Positions 29,138 through 33,086 of a stretch of DNA of 33,086 nucleotides are shown here, in pieces (positions within the stretch are counted from its first letter, which is position 1; each line of letters starts with the position of its first letter). The notes under the pieces are model-generated. The model did not search any database. It was not told where the DNA came from and saw only the letters and a program-made list of their open reading frames with translations. Made by a program: the position numbers and the translations under genes. The stretch spans positions 1-33,086 of the IMG/VR virus record IMGVR_UViG_2541047931_000005; one strand, given 5' to 3'. Origin of the DNA: a virus (Duplodnaviria > Heunggongvirae > Uroviricota > Caudoviricetes).

Positions 29138-30040
29138 ATGAATAGTATAGCAATTTTAGAAGCGGTGAACACCTCTTACGTGCCATTCAACGGTCAGCAA
29201 ATTATCACCGCCATGGCTGCCGGAGTTGCATATGTTGCGATGAAGCCAATCGTTGAAAACCTCGGAATGAGCTGGTCAACGCAGCAAACAAAACTCATGA
29301 AGCAGATTAGCAAATTCAACTGTGTTCATATGAACATGGTTGCCGCTGATGGTAAGCTTCGTAAGCTACTCTGCCTTCCTTTGAAGAAGTTAAATGGATG
29401 GCTGTTCAGCATCAACCCTGAGAAAGTTCGTGCTGACATCCGCGATAAACTGATTCAGTACCAGGAAGAATGCTTTACTGTGCTGCATGACTACTGGACA
29501 AAGGGAGAGGCAGCAAATGCACGGAAGAAAACATCTGTTGATGACAGGACTCCGCTTCGTGATGCTGTAAATATGCTAGTCAGCAAAAAGCATCTAATGT
29601 ACCCAGAAGCTTATGCAATGATTCATCAGCGTTTCAATGTGGAAAGTATTGAAGAGCTTGATGCATCTCAGATACCGCAAGCCGTAGAGTACATCCACAG
29701 GGTAGTGCTTGAAGGTGAATTTATCGGCAAACAAGAGAGGAAAGTCAACGAGCTTTCTGCAAAAGAAGCAAACAGCCTTGTATGGTTATGGGATTATGCC
29801 AACCGCTCACAGGCATTATTCCGCGAATTGTATCCGGCGCTAAAACAAATTCAATCGAACTATTCAGGCAGATGTCATGACTGCGGTTATGAGTTCTCCC
29901 GTATTATCGATATGGCGAGAGATGTTTTAATCAACCATACACGAGATGTTGATATTAATGAGCCAGGCGGACCGACGAACCTTTCAGCATGGATAAGACT
30001 TAAGAATAAAGAATTACCTCCTTCAGTACATAACTACTGA
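29138..30040 (+). CDS. ant: Antirepressor Ant (P22 Ant-like)
   Basis: 300 aa from ATG 29138 ([21 protein letters not shown]...), same length and N-terminus as P22 Ant. Confidence 0.9.
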   Translation: MNSIAILEAVNTSYVPFNGQQIITAMAAGVAYVAMKPIVENLGMSWSTQQTKLMKQISKFNCVHMNMVAADGKLRKLLCLPLKKLNGWLFSINPEKVRADIRDKLIQYQEECFTVLHDYWTKGEAANARKKTSVDDRTPLRDAVNMLVSKKHLMYPEAYAMIHQRFNVESIEELDASQIPQAVEYIHRVVLEGEFIGKQERKVNELSAKEANSLVWLWDYANRSQALFRELYPALKQIQSNYSGRCHDCGYEFSRIIDMARDVLINHTRDVDINEPGGPTNLSAWIRLKNKELPPSVHNY

Positions 30041-30055
30041 CAGATAACCAACGCA

Positions 30056-30083
30056 ACGACCCAGCTTCGGCTGGGTTTTTTTA
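30056..30083 (+). terminator. Intrinsic terminator after ant
   Basis: ACCCAGC-TTCG-GCTGGGT hairpin followed by T7. Confidence 0.7.
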
Positions 30084-30140
30084 TGCCCAAAATTCACCGT
30101 AGCCATGCTGCGGCGATTCCTTGTGTCTGGAGCAAATTAA

Positions 30141-33086
30141 ATGAGAGACATTACAGCCAATGTGATCGTATCGATGCCTTCGCAACTCTTCACTATGGCG
30201 CGTTCTTTTAAAGCCGTAGCCAATGGCAAAATTTATATCGGTAAAATTGACACTGACCCTGTAAATCCTGAAAACCAGATTCAGGTTTATGTGGAAAACG
30301 AAGACGGCTCTCACGTTCCTGTTTCGCAACCAATCATCATTAACGCTGCTGGATATCCTGTATATAACGGACAGATTGCCAAATTCGTAACTGTGCAAGG
30401 CCATTCTATGGCTGTTTATGATGCGTATGGTGCGCAGCAGTTCTATTTTCCGAATGTGCTGAAGTATGATCCTGATCAGTTACGGCGGCAATTAGAAGAC
30501 CCAGATGGAGCGAATAAATACCCAAAACTTCAGATAGCAAGATGGAGAGACAGTTATGATGTAAGAGGTTGGGGGGCTATTGGTGATGGTGTTCATGATG
30601 ATACATCAGCTCTATCAGAATTACTTTCTGTTGCAACAGGTGGTGAAAAGATAGATGGGCGAGGGCTTACTTTTAAAGTATCAAATCTTCCGGATGTCAG
30701 TCGATTTAAAAATGCTCGTTTTTTATTTGAGAGAATACCGGGTCAGCCTCTTTTTTATGCTTCTGAAGATTTTATCCAGGGAGAGTTATTTAAAATTACA
30801 GATACACCGTGGTACAACGCCTGGACGCAGGATAAAACGTTTGTATATGACAATGTCATCTATGCGCCTTTTATGGCTGGAGACCGCCATGGTGTAAATA
30901 ACCTCCATGTTGCATGGGTTCGCTCAGGAGATGACGGGAAGACCTGGACAACGCCGGAATGGCTTACAGATTTACATGAAAACTATCCCACAGTTAACTA
31001 TCACTGCATGAGTATGGGGGTTGTCAGAAATCGCCTTTTTGCTGTAATTGAGACGCGGACCGTGAGAGGAAATAAACTGCAGGTTGCAGAGTTGTGGGAT
31101 CGCCCAATGAGTCGCAGCCTTCGCGTTTATGGTGGTATAACGAAAGCAGCAAATCAGCAAGTCGCTTATATTCGCATTACTGATCACGGATTATTTGCTG
31201 GTGATTTTGTCAACTTCTCAAACTCTGGTGTTACAGGTGTTACCGGGAATATGACGGTGACTACTGTTATTGATAAAAATACTTTTACAGTTACGACGCA
31301 AAATACCCAGGATGTGGATCAGAATAACGAGGGTAGATACTGGAGTTTTGGTACATCATTTCACTCGTCACCATGGAGAAAAACCAGTCTTGGAACTATT
31401 CCTTCTTTTGTTGACGGAAGCACTCCTGTTACTGAGATTCACAGTTTTGCGACGATTAGCGATAACAGTTTTGCTGTTGGCTACCATAATGGTGATATTG
31501 GTCCACGCGAGCTTGGGATACTCTATTTCTCTGATGCTTTCGGTTCTCCTGGTAGCTTTGTTCGCAGACGCATACCTGCAGAATATGAGGCGAATGCATC
31601 TGAGCCATGTGTAAAATATTATGATGGCATTCTGTATCTGACGACCAGGGGGACATTAAGTACTCAACCCGGTAGTTCATTGCACAGAAGCTCTGATTTA
31701 GGTACATCATGGAATTCTCTTCGCTTCCCAAATAATGTTCATCACTCAAACCTTCCTTTTGCCAAAGTTGGCGATGAGCTGATTATTTTTGGCAGTGAGC
31801 GCGCATTTGGTGAGTGGGAAGGAGGAGAACCTGATAACCGTTATGCAGGAAATTATCCAAGAACATTTATGACCAGAGTTAACGTCAATGAGTGGAGTCT
31901 GGATAATGTAGAGTGGGTTAATGTTACTGATCAGATTTATCAGGGCGGAATAGTTAACTCTGCGGTTGGTGTTGGTTCAGTTTGTATCAAAGACAACTGG
32001 CTGTACTACATTTTCGGTGGGGAAGACTTTCTAAACCCATGGAGCATAGGGGATAACAACAGAAAATATCCTTATGTTCACGATGGTCACCCGGCTGATT
32101 TATATTGTTTCAGGGTGAAAATCAAACAGGAAGAATTTGTTTCAAGGGATTTTGTCTACGGAGCCACTCCTAACAGAACGCTTCCTACTTTGATGTCGAC
32201 GTCAGGCGTGAGGACGGTTCCTGTACCCGTTGATTTCACAGATGATGTTGCCGTCCAGTCACTGACTGTCCATGCAGGTACATCAGGACAAGTTCGCGCG
32301 GAAGTCAAACTTGAGGGTAATTACGCCATTATTGCGAAGAAAGTACCGTCTGATGATGTTACCGCTCAGAGATTAATCGTTAGCGGCGGTGAAACAACGT
32401 CTTCAGCAGATGGTGCAATGATAACGTTGCATGGTTCCAGAAGCAGTACTCCACGTCGCGCGGTATATAACGCACTCGAACATCTTTTTGAGAACGGAGA
32501 TGTTAAACCTTATCTTGATAATGTAAATGCTCTTGGTGGTCCGGGAAACAGGTTCTCGATAGTTTATCTTGGCTCCAATCCTGTGGTTACCAGTGACGGA
32601 ACATTAAAGACAGAGCCGGTCTCTCCTGACGAAGCATTGCTGGATGCCTGGGGTGACGTCAGGTATATCGCTTATAAATGGCTGAACGCTGTCGCTATAA
32701 AGGGGGAAGAAGGGGCGAGGATACATCATGGTGTAATCGCGCAGCAACTTCGTGATGTTCTTATTTCTCACGGACTCATGGAAGAAGAAAGCACAACATG
32801 CCGCTATGCCTTTCTTTGCTATGACGATTATCCCGCAGTATATGATGACGTCATTACTGGCCAAAGGGAAATGCCGCTGACTGATAATGACGGGAGCATC
32901 ATTGTTGATGAGGATGATAATCCAGTGATGGTAATGGAAGACATCATTGAGCGCGTTGAAATAACGCCAGCAGGATCTAGATGGGGGGTCAGACCTGATC
33001 TCTTATTCTATATCGAGGCGGCATGGCAGCGCAGAGAAATGGATAAGATAAAAGCTAGGTTAGACTTAATAGAAGGGAAGCACTAA
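30141..33086 (+). CDS. Tailspike: P22-type head-binding N-terminal domain fused to a sialidase-like (endosialidase-type) body and C-terminal chaperone-like domain
   Basis: N-terminal about 120 aa resemble P22 gp9 ([13 protein letters not shown]...[38 protein letters not shown]...[14 protein letters not shown]...VLKYDPDQ); two Asp-boxes SGDDGKTW (30924-30947) and SSDLGTSW (31689-31712). Confidence 0.85.
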   Translation: MRDITANVIVSMPSQLFTMARSFKAVANGKIYIGKIDTDPVNPENQIQVYVENEDGSHVPVSQPIIINAAGYPVYNGQIAKFVTVQGHSMAVYDAYGAQQFYFPNVLKYDPDQLRRQLEDPDGANKYPKLQIARWRDSYDVRGWGAIGDGVHDDTSALSELLSVATGGEKIDGRGLTFKVSNLPDVSRFKNARFLFERIPGQPLFYASEDFIQGELFKITDTPWYNAWTQDKTFVYDNVIYAPFMAGDRHGVNNLHVAWVRSGDDGKTWTTPEWLTDLHENYPTVNYHCMSMGVVRNRLFAVIETRTVRGNKLQVAELWDRPMSRSLRVYGGITKAANQQVAYIRITDHGLFAGDFVNFSNSGVTGVTGNMTVTTVIDKNTFTVTTQNTQDVDQNNEGRYWSFGTSFHSSPWRKTSLGTIPSFVDGSTPVTEIHSFATISDNSFAVGYHNGDIGPRELGILYFSDAFGSPGSFVRRRIPAEYEANASEPCVKYYDGILYLTTRGTLSTQPGSSLHRSSDLGTSWNSLRFPNNVHHSNLPFAKVGDELIIFGSERAFGEWEGGEPDNRYAGNYPRTFMTRVNVNEWSLDNVEWVNVTDQIYQGGIVNSAVGVGSVCIKDNWLYYIFGGEDFLNPWSIGDNNRKYPYVHDGHPADLYCFRVKIKQEEFVSRDFVYGATPNRTLPTLMSTSGVRTVPVPVDFTDDVAVQSLTVHAGTSGQVRAEVKLEGNYAIIAKKVPSDDVTAQRLIVSGGETTSSADGAMITLHGSRSSTPRRAVYNALEHLFENGDVKPYLDNVNALGGPGNRFSIVYLGSNPVVTSDGTLKTEPVSPDEALLDAWGDVRYIAYKWLNAVAIKGEEGARIHHGVIAQQLRDVLISHGLMEEESTTCRYAFLCYDDYPAVYDDVITGQREMPLTDNDGSIIVDEDDNPVMVMEDIIERVEITPAGSRWGVRPDLLFYIEAAWQRREMDKIKARLDLIEGKH

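Noticed and set aside
30081-30404. 107-aa minus-strand ORF at the tailspike 5' end
   Set aside because: Antisense to the tailspike head-binding domain and spans the ant terminator.

Overview
This window reads as a contiguous segment of a mosaic lambdoid prophage, running from the pL operon to the tailspike gene. Left to right: (1) the terminal 220 bp of an IS2 element, inserted into and truncating an ORF downstream of N; (2) a P22-type N antiterminator with nutL boxB and lambda-type OL operators; (3) a 347-aa ParA/MinD-like P-loop ATPase sitting where lambda carries rexA-rexB, flanked by hairpin terminators and preceded by phased direct repeats; (4) a lambda-type immunity core (cI, OR1-3, cro, nutR, cII-like); (5) a replication module (O-like initiator with internal iterons, Toprim primase fused to a DnaB-like helicase); (6) a nin region (Lar-like, truncated NinB-like, DUF1364/YbcO-like, RusA, NinH) and Q with pR'/tR'; (7) a lambda-type lysis cassette (S, R, Rz/Rz1) and a KilA-N protein; (8) a P22-like packaging and virion block in canonical order (terminase small and large, portal, scaffold, coat, gp4, gp10, gp26, gp14, gp7, gp20, gp16); (9) an immI-like accessory region with a secreted small protein, an HExxH protein, two small orphan genes, a ClpP-like serine peptidase translationally coupled to an Mnt-like repressor, two further ribbon-helix-helix paralogs, divergent Arc and Ant; (10) a 981-aa tailspike with a P22-type head-binding N-terminus and a sialidase-like body (two Asp-boxes), as in K1-capsule phages such as CUS-3. 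No rRNA, tRNA or CRISPR array was found. The strongest candidates for undescribed biology are the ParA-like gene in the rex slot and the cargo between gp16 and mnt, especially the ClpP-like/RHH operon and the secreted-protein/HExxH divergent pair. All homology statements rest on reading the translations against remembered protein families, not on database searches.
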